Part shown: positions 1-7,786 of the stretch, one piece after another
How the letters are laid out: the number at the start of each line of letters is the position of its first letter
Position numbering within the stretch: the first letter of the stretch is position 1
Virus record (IMG/VR): IMGVR_UViG_2822641076_000001
Coordinates: 57,830-121,829 of that record
Direction: 5' to 3' (one strand)
Length of the DNA: 64,000 bases
DNA from: a virus
Taxonomy: Duplodnaviria > Heunggongvirae > Uroviricota > Caudoviricetes
Translations under genes and position numbers: made by a program
Notes under the pieces: model-generated
The model's input: the letters and a program-made list of their open reading frames with translations, nothing else
Told to the model about the DNA's origin: nothing
Databases searched by the model: none

Positions 1-53
1 AAAAGAATTAATGGACAAGGAATACTAATTAAGTATTCTTTATCCATTCAAAA

Positions 54-73
54 TAAATGCAAAAAATAATGAA
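54..73 (+). promoter_or_regulatory. degenerate copy of the 21-bp phage motif (aaatgcaaaaaataatgaa)
   Basis: 16 of 19 positions match the AGTGTAAAAAATAATGAA core. A similar variant recurs at 1014-1036. Confidence 0.3.
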
Positions 74-157
74 AAATGTATTGAATGAAGTCTAATGTGA
101 TGATAGGATTATAGAGTCAATTAAGAATACAAAGAATGTTAATATAGAGGTGGAACA

Positions 158-760
158 ATGAAAGACAACATCATTCCTCTGTTCAAGATACAAGAAGAGG
201 AAATAAGTGAAGTAGAACAAGCACAGAAAGTAATGCAAGAAGAAGCAGTAAAGCATAAATGGGAAACTGAACCCGACTTCAAACTTATCCATGAAGGAAA
301 CGGATTCCACGTTTTTGTTTTCAGAAACATGCAAATGGGTAACTTAAATGGATATGTAGGTGTAGATAGAACACATCCTTGGTTCGCTGAGGCAATGGAT
401 GGTAAAGCATCTAACCTTAGAGTTCATGGCGGTATCACTTTTGCAAGTAAAGGTGGATGGCACGAACATTTCAAAAAGAAATACTGGTACTTCGGATTCG
501 ATACGGCTCACTTCATGGACTTAGTACCTGCAATGGATGCTATGAGAAGAAACGTAACGTTTGCATTTGATAGTTTCATGCAACACGGAGAGTACAGAGA
601 CATGGAATACGTAACGGATGAAGTTAATAGCTTACTAGTACAATTAGAAGCTATTAAAGAGCGAAATAAGGGCTATAAACATAATTTCGTGAGAGAATAT
701 CGTAAGTTGAGCCGAGAGAAGAAGCGAAAACAGAATCTACATTCTAGTTTTGCTAAATAA
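158..760 (+). CDS. hypothetical protein (200 aa)
   Basis: Long ORF with a GAGGTGG SD 7 nt upstream of the ATG. No recognisable catalytic motifs. Confidence 0.55.
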   Translation: MKDNIIPLFKIQEEEISEVEQAQKVMQEEAVKHKWETEPDFKLIHEGNGFHVFVFRNMQMGNLNGYVGVDRTHPWFAEAMDGKASNLRVHGGITFASKGGWHEHFKKKYWYFGFDTAHFMDLVPAMDAMRRNVTFAFDSFMQHGEYRDMEYVTDEVNSLLVQLEAIKERNKGYKHNFVREYRKLSREKKRKQNLHSSFAK

Positions 761-781
761 CTAAAACGGGAGGAATTTAAT

Positions 782-964
782 ATGGATTATATGAAAGCCG
801 ATGAATTAAACAAGAAATGGAAAGAGGAGAACCCTAATAAAGAGTGTCCGCATCCTAGCTTCCAAAAAGAAGTCTTATTCGGTACAAGTACTGGTGACAA
901 GATTTGTAATGAATGCTATGAGGTTTTCAGTCCTAATAGATTAGCCGAACTAAGAGGCAAGTAA
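782..964 (+). CDS. small Cys-containing hypothetical protein (60 aa)
   Basis: ORF with a GGGAGG SD. Contains CPHP...CNEC, possibly a zinc-binding pair. Confidence 0.45.
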   Translation: MDYMKADELNKKWKEENPNKECPHPSFQKEVLFGTSTGDKICNECYEVFSPNRLAELRGK

Positions 965-1013
965 GTTACTAGAGTATCTGATTAATTCAGATGCTCTTTT
1001 CTTTTATATCAAC

Positions 1014-1036
1014 AAATAAATGCAAAAAATATTGAA
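1014..1036 (+). promoter_or_regulatory. degenerate motif copy (aaataaatgcaaaaaatattgaa) placed about 8 bp upstream of a sigma-A -35 box
   Basis: Same variant as at 54-73. Sits in the UP-element position relative to the promoter at 1045-1073. Confidence 0.3.
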
Positions 1037-1044
1037 TAAGTACA

Positions 1045-1073
1045 TTGACAGTGGATTATATTACTGGTATACT
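1045..1073 (+). promoter_or_regulatory. sigma-A-type promoter TTGACA-17-TATACT (early promoter family CATTGACAGTG...TATACT)
   Basis: Perfect -35 box with 17-bp spacer and TATACT -10. An almost identical sequence recurs at 3629-3657 and 6411-6440. Confidence 0.6.
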
Positions 1074-1103
1074 AAGAGTATCCTAAAGAGAGGAGGTAAT
1101 AGA

Positions 1104-1253
1104 GTGACTAAAGTTGCTATAATACTAGGGATTATTGCTACTGCTCTTACGATTATCGAAAAGAGCATGACAATAATCGAAAAAGTAAAAAAGCCCAAAA
1201 TCAATGCTACCGACCGCCAAGACGAGAGCCAAGACGTTAATAAACGTCAGTGA
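1104..1253 (+). CDS. small membrane protein (49 aa, GTG start)
   Basis: AGAGGAGG SD 7 nt before the GTG, in frame with track ORF 1020..1253. The upstream part of that ORF contains the promoter, so the true start is probably here. One predicted TM helix. Confidence 0.5.
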   Translation: MTKVAIILGIIATALTIIEKSMTIIEKVKKPKINATDRQDESQDVNKRQ

Positions 1254-1263
1254 TTTTGAGCCG

Positions 1264-1290
1264 AGGGGAGTTTACCTCCCCTTGTTTATA
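1264..1290 (+). terminator. rho-independent terminator (aggggag/ctcccct stem followed by gtttat)
   Basis: 7-bp GC-rich stem, 5-nt loop and a short T-rich tail immediately after the stop at 1253. Confidence 0.5.
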
Positions 1291-1322
1291 CAAGTATAGC
1301 AACTTATCACTCAAGATACAAT

Positions 1323-1517
1323 ATGAAGACTTTCAAGAGGTATTCAGATGCATTGTTAACATCGTTTATTCTTTCTTACTTCTTGTTTTTCGAGAAGTTC
1401 TTTCAAGATGACTGGTTAAAAACAGTACTCAATATAGGATTAATTATTGTCTTGGTGCTAATCATCATAAATACTCTAATCAGCATTTATAAAGGAACAG
1501 GGAACTTTAAGCGATGA
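1323..1517 (+). CDS. small membrane protein (64 aa)
   Basis: ORF with two hydrophobic segments. Weak SD. Confidence 0.4.
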   Translation: MKTFKRYSDALLTSFILSYFLFFEKFFQDDWLKTVLNIGLIIVLVLIIINTLISIYKGTGNFKR

Positions 1518-1634
1518 GAGTTTTTAATTGGATGTCTCAGGGCATTTCCTGCTCTGAGGTATCCAAATTTCAATCAACCTGTTAAATAAAATGGGGATTT
1601 TAAATCATGGAAGTGGTTAAAAATGGTGAATCTA

Positions 1635-1680
1635 GTATTATATAATATTATATAATGTAATATAATTTTATATTATATAA
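1635..1680 (+). repeat. array of TATAAT-containing decamers with 10-bp periodicity (tattatataa x2, tgtaatataa, ttttatatta, tataa)
   Basis: TATAAT occurs at 1641, 1651 and 1661, exactly one helical turn apart. The array is internally palindromic (ttatataa) and abuts the -35 box of the promoter of the actin-like gene. Candidate centromere or operator. Confidence 0.5.
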
Positions 1681-1687
1681 AAATCTA

Positions 1688-1715
1688 TTGACTATGCACT
1701 CTAGTTTGATATAAT
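1688..1715 (+). promoter_or_regulatory. sigma-A-type promoter TTGACT-16-TATAAT driving the actin-like operon
   Basis: Consensus -35 and -10 boxes 40 bp upstream of the 1757 start. Confidence 0.6.
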
Positions 1716-1756
1716 TGGAGTTGTAGTTAACACATATACATAGGAGATGTTTAAAA

Positions 1757-2968
1757 ATGGTGAAAATGTTATTTAAGGTTTCAAACGACAATGGTAATAG
1801 TGAGCAAGCATTAAAAGTAAATGGTGAGTTATTCACTCAACCAAATATCTATTCTATCGACCGTCCAAAAACAGTAGTTGAAGGAGACCCTTCATTATTC
1901 ATTCCTGCTTTAATGGACAACTTATACGTAACAATCACATCAAGTGCAATTGACCGCAATGGAGATTACTTCATTGGGAAACGTGCTTACAACTCAGATT
2001 ACGCACATTCTTTAACAATCACGAAGAGTGAAAAACATACATCAGATTTACCTATCATCAATACACTGGGCTTCCTAGCAGGCTTAGCAGTTAAGCAACG
2101 ATATGAAGAGAAGCAAGCACTTCCTAAGAGTATTGAACTTAACGTAGACATGGTAACAGCTCTACCTATTAAAGAATACGACGCAACTACGGCAAAAGCC
2201 TTTGAAGAGCGTTTTATGAATAATACACACGAAGTAATGGTTCACGTTGGTACAACATTCGTAAAAGTATCAATCACTTTCGAATTTGTTTATGCATTAC
2301 AAGAGGGTGCATGTGCAAACTACGCACTTATTCTTGATAACAAAGGTGGATGGAGAAACGATGATATTTTCGAAGAGTTAAAATGGGAATATCAATTAGA
2401 AAGCTTCACAGGTGAAGATGTGTTCAATATGAAAATGACTTGTGGAACTGATATCGGAGAGGGAACAACTGACGTTGGAATCCTAAAAGGATATAAACAA
2501 ATTGATGATTTAAGTGGTGGAGATGATTTAGGAGTTGGCTATGCAATCACTAAAGCTCTTCCAGTATTCAAGAAGGCAATGAGATTCCCTGCTTTAACAC
2601 GACATGAATACATGGAAATCGTAAAAGATTCAGATGATGCATTCCATGTAGAAGCAGTTGCTACACTGAAAGACAATTCATCAGACCAAGCAACGCTAAT
2701 TCATAAATTTGTTGAGCAATTAGTTGTTCATGGAGCTAGAAAACAACCTCGATTAATCTCTGTATTCGGTGGTGGTTCTATCACGCTGAAAGACAAGCTA
2801 TATAGCCCACTTAAAGCAGTTGCAGATGATTGCCGTGGTAAAATCTTATGGATTCCTGAGAAGTATGCTACAACAATCAACGTAGAAGGTATGGATGTAT
2901 TCTTAAATGTATTACTTCCACAACTTAAAGAACAACACATGGCTAAGAAAGAGAAGCAGAAGGCGTAA
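1757..2968 (+). CDS. actin-like ATPase of the ParM/Alp family (403 aa)
   Basis: Phosphate-1 motif SNDNGNSEQALK (DxGxxxxK), phosphate-2 motif GTDIGEGTTDVGI (DxGxGTTD) and adenosine motif VFGGGS. Size and motif order match the actin/ParM fold. Confidence 0.7.
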   Translation: MVKMLFKVSNDNGNSEQALKVNGELFTQPNIYSIDRPKTVVEGDPSLFIPALMDNLYVTITSSAIDRNGDYFIGKRAYNSDYAHSLTITKSEKHTSDLPIINTLGFLAGLAVKQRYEEKQALPKSIELNVDMVTALPIKEYDATTAKAFEERFMNNTHEVMVHVGTTFVKVSITFEFVYALQEGACANYALILDNKGGWRNDDIFEELKWEYQLESFTGEDVFNMKMTCGTDIGEGTTDVGILKGYKQIDDLSGGDDLGVGYAITKALPVFKKAMRFPALTRHEYMEIVKDSDDAFHVEAVATLKDNSSDQATLIHKFVEQLVVHGARKQPRLISVFGGGSITLKDKLYSPLKAVADDCRGKILWIPEKYATTINVEGMDVFLNVLLPQLKEQHMAKKEKQKA

Positions 2969-3010
2969 ATTACGTCTTTTGCTTTTGACTAACAGGAGGG
3001 TATTACAATT

Positions 3011-3586
3011 ATGAGTGCAACTAAAAAGGATAAACAAGTCGGTTCAACTATCATCTATAAGTTCGGAGTAGACGACCAAAAATTCGTTGATTGGTACAAT
3101 AACCAAGATAACTTCTCAGATTCATTCCGATTTGTTTTAGATTATTTCATGCAAAAGTTCGGGGATATAGACGTTAAAAAACTTAAACTTATGATAGAGA
3201 TGGGAATGGTCGATTTGGACAATCCTACACCTGTGCAAATACCAACTCCTGTCGCAAAAACACAAGTAACACCAGTACAAACACAATCTGAACCTGCTCA
3301 AGAGGTTGTAGAAGAAATAGCCTCAACAATTGAAGCAAAGACTGTGGAAGTTACAGAACCACCTCAAGAGCCTGTACAAGAGCCTGTACAAGAGGTTGCA
3401 GAGGAAGTTACAGAAGTAGAAGAAGAGAAGGTTAGCAGTTTAGATGTGCCAAAAGTTATTAAAGAGAAGCGTCAAGATGCTCAACCTAAACGAATAATTG
3501 TAGAAGAAAAACCAGTTGAAGTGAAGAAAGAAGCACCAGTAAGTAAGCCTGCTGTAATGCCTTCACTTGGTGATTTGAATAGATAA
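3011..3586 (+). CDS. acidic repeat protein, candidate DNA-binding adaptor of the actin-like system (191 aa)
   Basis: Immediately downstream of the actin-like gene, with a GGAGGG SD. About 70 aa of N-terminal globular sequence, then PVQ/EPVQE acidic repeats. The adaptor role is inference from alp7A/alp7R-type operon organisation. Confidence 0.35.
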   Translation: MSATKKDKQVGSTIIYKFGVDDQKFVDWYNNQDNFSDSFRFVLDYFMQKFGDIDVKKLKLMIEMGMVDLDNPTPVQIPTPVAKTQVTPVQTQSEPAQEVVEEIASTIEAKTVEVTEPPQEPVQEPVQEVAEEVTEVEEEKVSSLDVPKVIKEKRQDAQPKRIIVEEKPVEVKKEAPVSKPAVMPSLGDLNR

Positions 3587-3588
3587 AG

Positions 3589-3618
3589 GGGAGATTATTA
3601 TAATCTCTCTTTTTTTAT
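3589..3618 (+). terminator. rho-independent terminator (gggagatta...taatctct, then 7 T)
   Basis: 8-bp stem followed by a run of seven T immediately after the stop codon. Confidence 0.7.
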
Positions 3619-3628
3619 CCATAATCCA

Positions 3629-3657
3629 TTGACAGTGGATTATGGGATTGCTATACT
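3629..3657 (+). promoter_or_regulatory. sigma-A-type promoter TTGACA-17-TATACT (second copy of the early promoter family)
   Basis: ccattgacagtggattat...tatact is nearly identical to the copy at 1045-1073. Confidence 0.6.
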
Positions 3658-3732
3658 ATGAAAGTGCTAGAGATACGATTTGACAGGTAAAATCAAATGG
3701 TTACAAATTTCATTATGATTCTACAAATCTTC

Positions 3733-3757
3733 TGTTGCACAAATGTAATAAATAATG
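3733..3757 (+). promoter_or_regulatory. degenerate motif copy (acaaatgtaataaataatgtaaa)
   Basis: Matches the 21-bp motif at about 17 of 21 positions. Lies upstream of a weak TTGATT-18-TTATAA promoter. Confidence 0.3.
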
Positions 3758-3826
3758 TAAACTTGATTCAAGGCTTATTTTTTAATTTATAATGTGAACG
3801 ATATGCACATTAGAGGTGGTGAGAAC

Positions 3827-4084
3827 ATGACACATGTAGCGAACAGCATCATGCAAATGAAGGAATTGAACGCTAATGAAAAGCTGATTCTATTAGCTTT
3901 ATGTGTAGAAGGTAATGGTACTAAAGTATCAGTGGCACAAGACATCATAGCTGAAAGGTGTTCATTGACTCGTCGCAGTGTTATTAAATTCATCCAATCA
4001 TTAGAGGACAAGGGGTTCTTAAAGGTTTCACGCTCTGAATATAAGCGTGAGGGAAACATATATGAGCTTCACGTAGCACTATGA
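3827..4084 (+). CDS. winged-helix DNA-binding protein (85 aa)
   Basis: GAGGTGGTGA SD, then ATG at 3827 (internal to track ORF 3794..4084). The pattern LILLALC...VSVAQDIIAERCSLTRRSVIKFIQSLEDKGFLK is typical of MarR/DnaD-like wHTH domains. Confidence 0.5.
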   Translation: MTHVANSIMQMKELNANEKLILLALCVEGNGTKVSVAQDIIAERCSLTRRSVIKFIQSLEDKGFLKVSRSEYKREGNIYELHVAL

Positions 4085-4331
4085 TTGATGTGAGGAGCAA
4101 AAAAGACCATGAAAAAACCCATTCTCAAAGTTGAAATGGCGACCAACCAAAACTTTATGAATGGGTATTGGAGAGAGTTGTTTCTACGAAGCATCCCAAA
4201 AATGGAGCTTCACTCAAATGAGTAGATACAACACTCGTTAGCATTAGATTTGTATGTTTATAATATCATAAACAATGGGATAAGTAAATATGAGTGAAGC
4301 TCCTAGACAGCACATTTAGGAGGAAACACAG

Positions 4332-5339
4332 ATGGAAAATAACAAAGATTTATATGCAGGATATAAAAACGAACGATATCTCCACTACAGAGAGGTTCAT
4401 ACAGGACAATTCACAACTCAAAATACTAGAAATGGCTCAAGACGTGTACCAATTAGAGAGCAACGTATTGTAGAGTTCGAAGAGATTAAAGCATTGAATC
4501 TTAACTCAATTGGTGAATGTGTTCCTACATTAGATGCAGAAGACTTCACTATGATTCAAAACTATCTGTTAGACTTTTGGGGAGCTGTATTAGGTGCAGA
4601 TTGCATTCAAGTGTATATCCATCTAAGACGTCATGCTTACGGCAAAAAAGACTTCTGCTTCCCTGACATAGACACTATTGCATTGAAGATGAAGAAGAGT
4701 AAGAACTTTGTAAAAGGATGTCTAAAGACTCTAGAAGAGCATAACTTCATTGTCATCTTTAACAGACGTGATACAAAGGATAACAATCGCTCTGTGAGTC
4801 CTCTATTCAAGATTAGAAGGTTTGTTCCTTTATTAACCAATGAACTTTATGAAGAATTGCCTGCTAAACTAAAAAAAGACCATGATACATATATGGAAGA
4901 TTATAAGGATATTGACATTGCGACTAATGAGCTAAAAAACAGTAAAGTAATCGAAGGGTTAATTGAAAACGCTGAGTTATTTAGAAGCAAATCTCAGATT
5001 CGTGAAGCCAAAGAAAAGATTGCAGAAGAAAATAAAGCAACATACATAAGAGAAAAAATTGCTCCTGAGTACATCGAAGCAGGAGAGCAGATTCTCACAT
5101 CTCTTCAAAGCAGAATTTCTAAACCATCATTCGATGTTTGGTTTAAGGATGCTGTACTTGCATTAGATTCAGAGAAAAAATCAGTCTACGTGTTATGCGC
5201 CCATGACTTTGCTAAAACACACGTTCAAGATAAGTTTAAGACAATTATCGCTGAAGAAGTTGGAAAGCAAATCGGATTCAACGTAGAAGATACAACATAC
5301 ATATTCAAAACACACGATGAATATATCGTAGAAATTTAA
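4332..5339 (+). CDS. putative replication initiator or replisome organiser (wHTH, DnaD-like N-terminal region; 335 aa)
   Basis: TAGGAGG SD. The central segment YIHLRRHAYGKKDFCFPDIDTIALKMKKSKNFVKGCLKTLEEHNFIVIF resembles the wHTH of DnaD/phage replisome-organiser N-domains. It lies directly upstream of the iteron and DnaA-box array. Confidence 0.4.
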   Translation: MENNKDLYAGYKNERYLHYREVHTGQFTTQNTRNGSRRVPIREQRIVEFEEIKALNLNSIGECVPTLDAEDFTMIQNYLLDFWGAVLGADCIQVYIHLRRHAYGKKDFCFPDIDTIALKMKKSKNFVKGCLKTLEEHNFIVIFNRRDTKDNNRSVSPLFKIRRFVPLLTNELYEELPAKLKKDHDTYMEDYKDIDIATNELKNSKVIEGLIENAELFRSKSQIREAKEKIAEENKATYIREKIAPEYIEAGEQILTSLQSRISKPSFDVWFKDAVLALDSEKKSVYVLCAHDFAKTHVQDKFKTIIAEEVGKQIGFNVEDTTYIFKTHDEYIVEI

Positions 5340-5367
5340 GCAAGGGGATTTTCCTCTTGCTTTTTTA
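5340..5367 (+). terminator. rho-independent terminator (gcaagggg/tcctcttgc, then 6 T)
   Basis: 8-bp stem with one G-U pair, loop attttt and a T-tract, right after the stop at 5339. Confidence 0.65.
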
Positions 5368-5394
5368 TTTTTTCAGAAAAATAATTCTTCCGCA

Positions 5395-5650
5395 TATCAC
5401 AGCATGATACACTGCCTATCACCACATGATACACGAAACGATTTCCGCCTATCACCGTGTGATACACTGCCTATCACAGTATGATAGGCGACGCATATCA
5501 CCACATGATAGGCGACTTATCCACAGATTTTTTAAAATTATCCACGTTTTTCGCCTATCAGGAGATGATACACGAAATTTCCGCCTATCACAGCATGATA
5601 GTACCCACCTATCACCACATGATACACGACCGCCTATCACACGGTGATAG
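5395..5650. repeat. iteron array: nine copies of the 16-bp palindrome TATCAC-N4-(G/A)TGATA
   Basis: Copies at 5395, 5417, 5450, 5472, 5496, 5555, 5586, 5610 and 5635, mostly preceded by gCC. Spacing between copies is irregular (22-59 bp). The repeats generate the spurious His/Arg-rich ORFs 5426..5702. Confidence 0.8.
5517..5546 (+). promoter_or_regulatory. two direct DnaA boxes (TTATCCACA at 5517-5525 and TTATCCACG at 5538-5546) flanking attttttaaaa
   Basis: The first is an exact match to the bacterial DnaA-box 9-mer and the second matches 8 of 9. They sit in the gap between iteron copies 5 and 6. Confidence 0.55.
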
Positions 5651-5794
5651 TATAATAAGACAATATTCTTTTAAAAAAACAAATCTTTTAAAAAGACCTT
5701 AATAATTAATTAATATATAGGCTTCGCCTGCATTTAAAAATCATCTTCAAATCATCCATTCAAAACCAATACATTGAATATACAATTACTCAGA

Positions 5795-5824
5795 TTGACC
5801 ATAGACTTTATTGATTGTTATAAT
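5795..5824 (+). promoter_or_regulatory. sigma-A-type promoter TTGACC-18-TATAAT
   Basis: Good -35 and -10 boxes 40 bp upstream of the 5866 start. Confidence 0.5.
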
Positions 5825-5865
5825 GTATTTAACAAATATTACATTACAGCAGGAGAATTAAATTA

Positions 5866-6201
5866 ATGAAGAGATACTTACACTTTATATTTATAGCAAT
5901 CGGAGTTATTTCATGCCTAATAATGATGAATGTTGGAAATGCCAATTTAAACGTAGCAGATGAGATGAAAGAATCTTATTATGAGTTAGAGTTCTATAAC
6001 GAAGTATATAAAGGAATAGCAAGGTCATATAGCTTATATGGATATACAATGATATTCTCAGGATTGCTTGTAGGAGCATTATTCTTGGCTCTAGGACTTA
6101 TTCTAAAGAAATTAAATGAAATTATAGCCTTTAAAAAAATGGACGCTCAAATAGCCTCTCAGACACCTCAAACAGAAACAGCATCTAACTCTCAAAAATA
6201 G
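5866..6201 (+). CDS. membrane protein (111 aa, 2 TM)
   Basis: AGGAG SD. Two hydrophobic helices and a polar C-terminal tail. Confidence 0.55.
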   Translation: MKRYLHFIFIAIGVISCLIMMNVGNANLNVADEMKESYYELEFYNEVYKGIARSYSLYGYTMIFSGLLVGALFLALGLILKKLNEIIAFKKMDAQIASQTPQTETASNSQK

Positions 6202-6243
6202 GTTAATATTTACTAATATATTTCATATGTAAAGGCAATTATT

Positions 6244-6273
6244 AAGACAGTATTACACTGTCTTATTTTTTTG
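6244..6273 (+). terminator. rho-independent terminator (aagacagt/actgtctt, then 7 T)
   Basis: Perfect 8-bp stem, 5-nt loop and seven T. Confidence 0.75.
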
Positions 6274-6410
6274 TTACTTTAAATTTTTATTACTTGAATG
6301 CGAAGGTCTCATGTGATATATATATCTAAGTCGGTAATATAAAAAATAATTAAAATCAAACATATAGTGTAAATAATAATAAATTAACATCAAAAACCGA
6401 CGATAATGCA

Positions 6411-6440
6411 TTGACAGTGTACATATTATAAATGTATACT
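6411..6440 (+). promoter_or_regulatory. sigma-A-type promoter TTGACA-18-TATACT (third copy of the cattgacagtg family)
   Basis: gcattgacagtgtacat...tatact. A motif variant (agtgtaaataataataaa) lies 25 bp upstream at 6364-6385. Confidence 0.55.
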
Positions 6441-6588
6441 ATTTATAGACGTAAAAACATAGGATGTTAAAGCAACACACACAATCTATATCGCTAAATT
6501 AACATCTATAATATATCTTGAATACACATTCAGTGTATAAATCTACTGTTAATATCTTGACAAATGGAAAAAATAAGGAAACTTGGTA

Positions 6589-6617
6589 TTGGCAATGGAT
6601 TTTAGATATGGTATAAT
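6589..6617 (+). promoter_or_regulatory. sigma-A promoter TTGGCA-17-TGgTATAAT with extended -10
   Basis: 5 of 6 match in the -35 box, 17-bp spacer, TGn extension and a perfect TATAAT. Confidence 0.65.
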
Positions 6618-6625
6618 TTAACTGT

Positions 6626-6637
6626 TGACTAGAGTCA
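6626..6637. promoter_or_regulatory. palindromic operator-like site TGACTAGAGTCA at the predicted transcription start
   Basis: Perfect 5-2-5 inverted repeat 9 bp downstream of the -10 box. Followed by a CA-rich tract (acacacacatacatacat). Confidence 0.35.
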
Positions 6638-6766
6638 GCGAACATACACACACACATACATACATAGACTACGAAGATAGTCAGCTTAGACCAACTCAAA
6701 CAGTTGAGTCACAAGCAAGATAAGGAACATAAAAGTTACAAAGCTATAAAGGAGAAGTGGTACGAA

Positions 6767-7771
6767 ATGGATGAGCTAAAGAATGGTGAAAATGTAAAAG
6801 ACTTATTTTTAACTAATTATAATAACGATACAACTAAATCATACTACAATAGAATCTTCACTAAAGCCGAAATAATGGAAGAAACTTTAAATAAAGATTT
6901 ATATGATTTTACACTAGAAGAAATTGAAGAGCTTTTAATTCAATTACGTGGAAGCGCACAAGCAACAGAAGTTTACGGTCGTGTTATTTCAGCGTATATG
7001 AAGTGGGCAGTAGAAAATAACTACAAACAAACTAAAAATCCTCTATTAGATGTTAGCGCTAAATGGTTTGAAAATATCAGTGAAAATGTAAAGAACTTAT
7101 ATATAACTAAAAAACAATTATTAAAAATCGAATCAGATTGTTATAACTATCAAGACTCAGCAATAATTAGGTTATTATTTGAAGGAATTTGTGGAGAAAA
7201 AGCTATTGAAATTAGAGAACTAAAAAAGTCAGACGTAGAACAGGCTTTAGAGTTTATGCAAGAAAAGGGTCTTAATAGTGATATAGAAGATACAAAAGTA
7301 CCTTTAAATATTGGCGGAGCTTTCACAGAAGTTGATGCTCGTACTATACTCATGTTAGAACAAGCTATGCAAGAGAAGAGATATTGGAAGAAAAACGGAG
7401 ATATGGAACAAAGAGAGAATATCCGTGCTGTTACTGAATTAGTTGATAATGAATATGTATTCCGTCCTTCTATAACAAGAACAGGAAGTTATCATCAAGC
7501 TATTAAAGAATCTGTTATTTATAGACGTGTTAATTTAATTGGTGAAGTTCTAGGATATCCTCAATTAAAAACTAAAAGTATAATAAAAAGTGGTCAATTA
7601 TATATGGCTAAGAAAATTATGGAAGAAAAAGGCGAGTACTACCTAAGCACAGAAGATTATAAAAATATAGCGATTAGATTTGATATTAATAATTTCTATC
7701 CAATGAAAAAATATTGTAATGTTAAAAACATAAAAGAATTATATGGTGACTTTTTAGGACAAGACAAGTAA
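6767..7771 (+). CDS. hypothetical protein (334 aa; the track frame starts at 6704 with TTG)
   Basis: First ATG with an AAGGAG SD (long 12-nt spacing) is at 6767. The TTG at 6704 has no SD. No confident domain call. Confidence 0.45.
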   Translation: MDELKNGENVKDLFLTNYNNDTTKSYYNRIFTKAEIMEETLNKDLYDFTLEEIEELLIQLRGSAQATEVYGRVISAYMKWAVENNYKQTKNPLLDVSAKWFENISENVKNLYITKKQLLKIESDCYNYQDSAIIRLLFEGICGEKAIEIRELKKSDVEQALEFMQEKGLNSDIEDTKVPLNIGGAFTEVDARTILMLEQAMQEKRYWKKNGDMEQRENIRAVTELVDNEYVFRPSITRTGSYHQAIKESVIYRRVNLIGEVLGYPQLKTKSIIKSGQLYMAKKIMEEKGEYYLSTEDYKNIAIRFDINNFYPMKKYCNVKNIKELYGDFLGQDK

Positions 7772-7786
7772 GGAGCGATTCGAATA

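Noticed and set aside
1020-1103. N-terminal 28 codons of track ORF 1020..1253
   Set aside because: This stretch contains a consensus TTGACA-17-TATACT promoter followed by an AGAGGAGG SD. The real start is the in-frame GTG at 1104.
5395-5650. Possible CRISPR array
   Set aside because: The repeats are 16-bp palindromes with irregular 6-43-bp intervening sequences that include DnaA boxes, with no 28-37-bp repeat/spacer regularity. No cas genes are present. This is an iteron or operator array.
5426-5702. ORFs 5426..5647, 5452..5640 and 5481..5702 with repetitive His/Arg-rich products
   Set aside because: They are reading frames through the TATCAC-N4-GTGATA iteron array, and the repetition of the protein simply mirrors the DNA repeats. 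There is no SD, and two terminators flank the region.
6643-6668. CA/AC-rich tract acacacacatacatacat as a microsatellite or Z-DNA element
   Set aside because: Short, imperfect and within a 5' leader. It is mentioned only as context for the operator finding.
6767-7771. Tyrosine recombinase (integrase) call for the 6767..7771 product
   Set aside because: The N-terminal region loosely resembles the SAM-like core-binding fold, but I could not locate the R-H-R-Y catalytic residues. No attachment-site repeats were seen. Left as a hypothetical protein.
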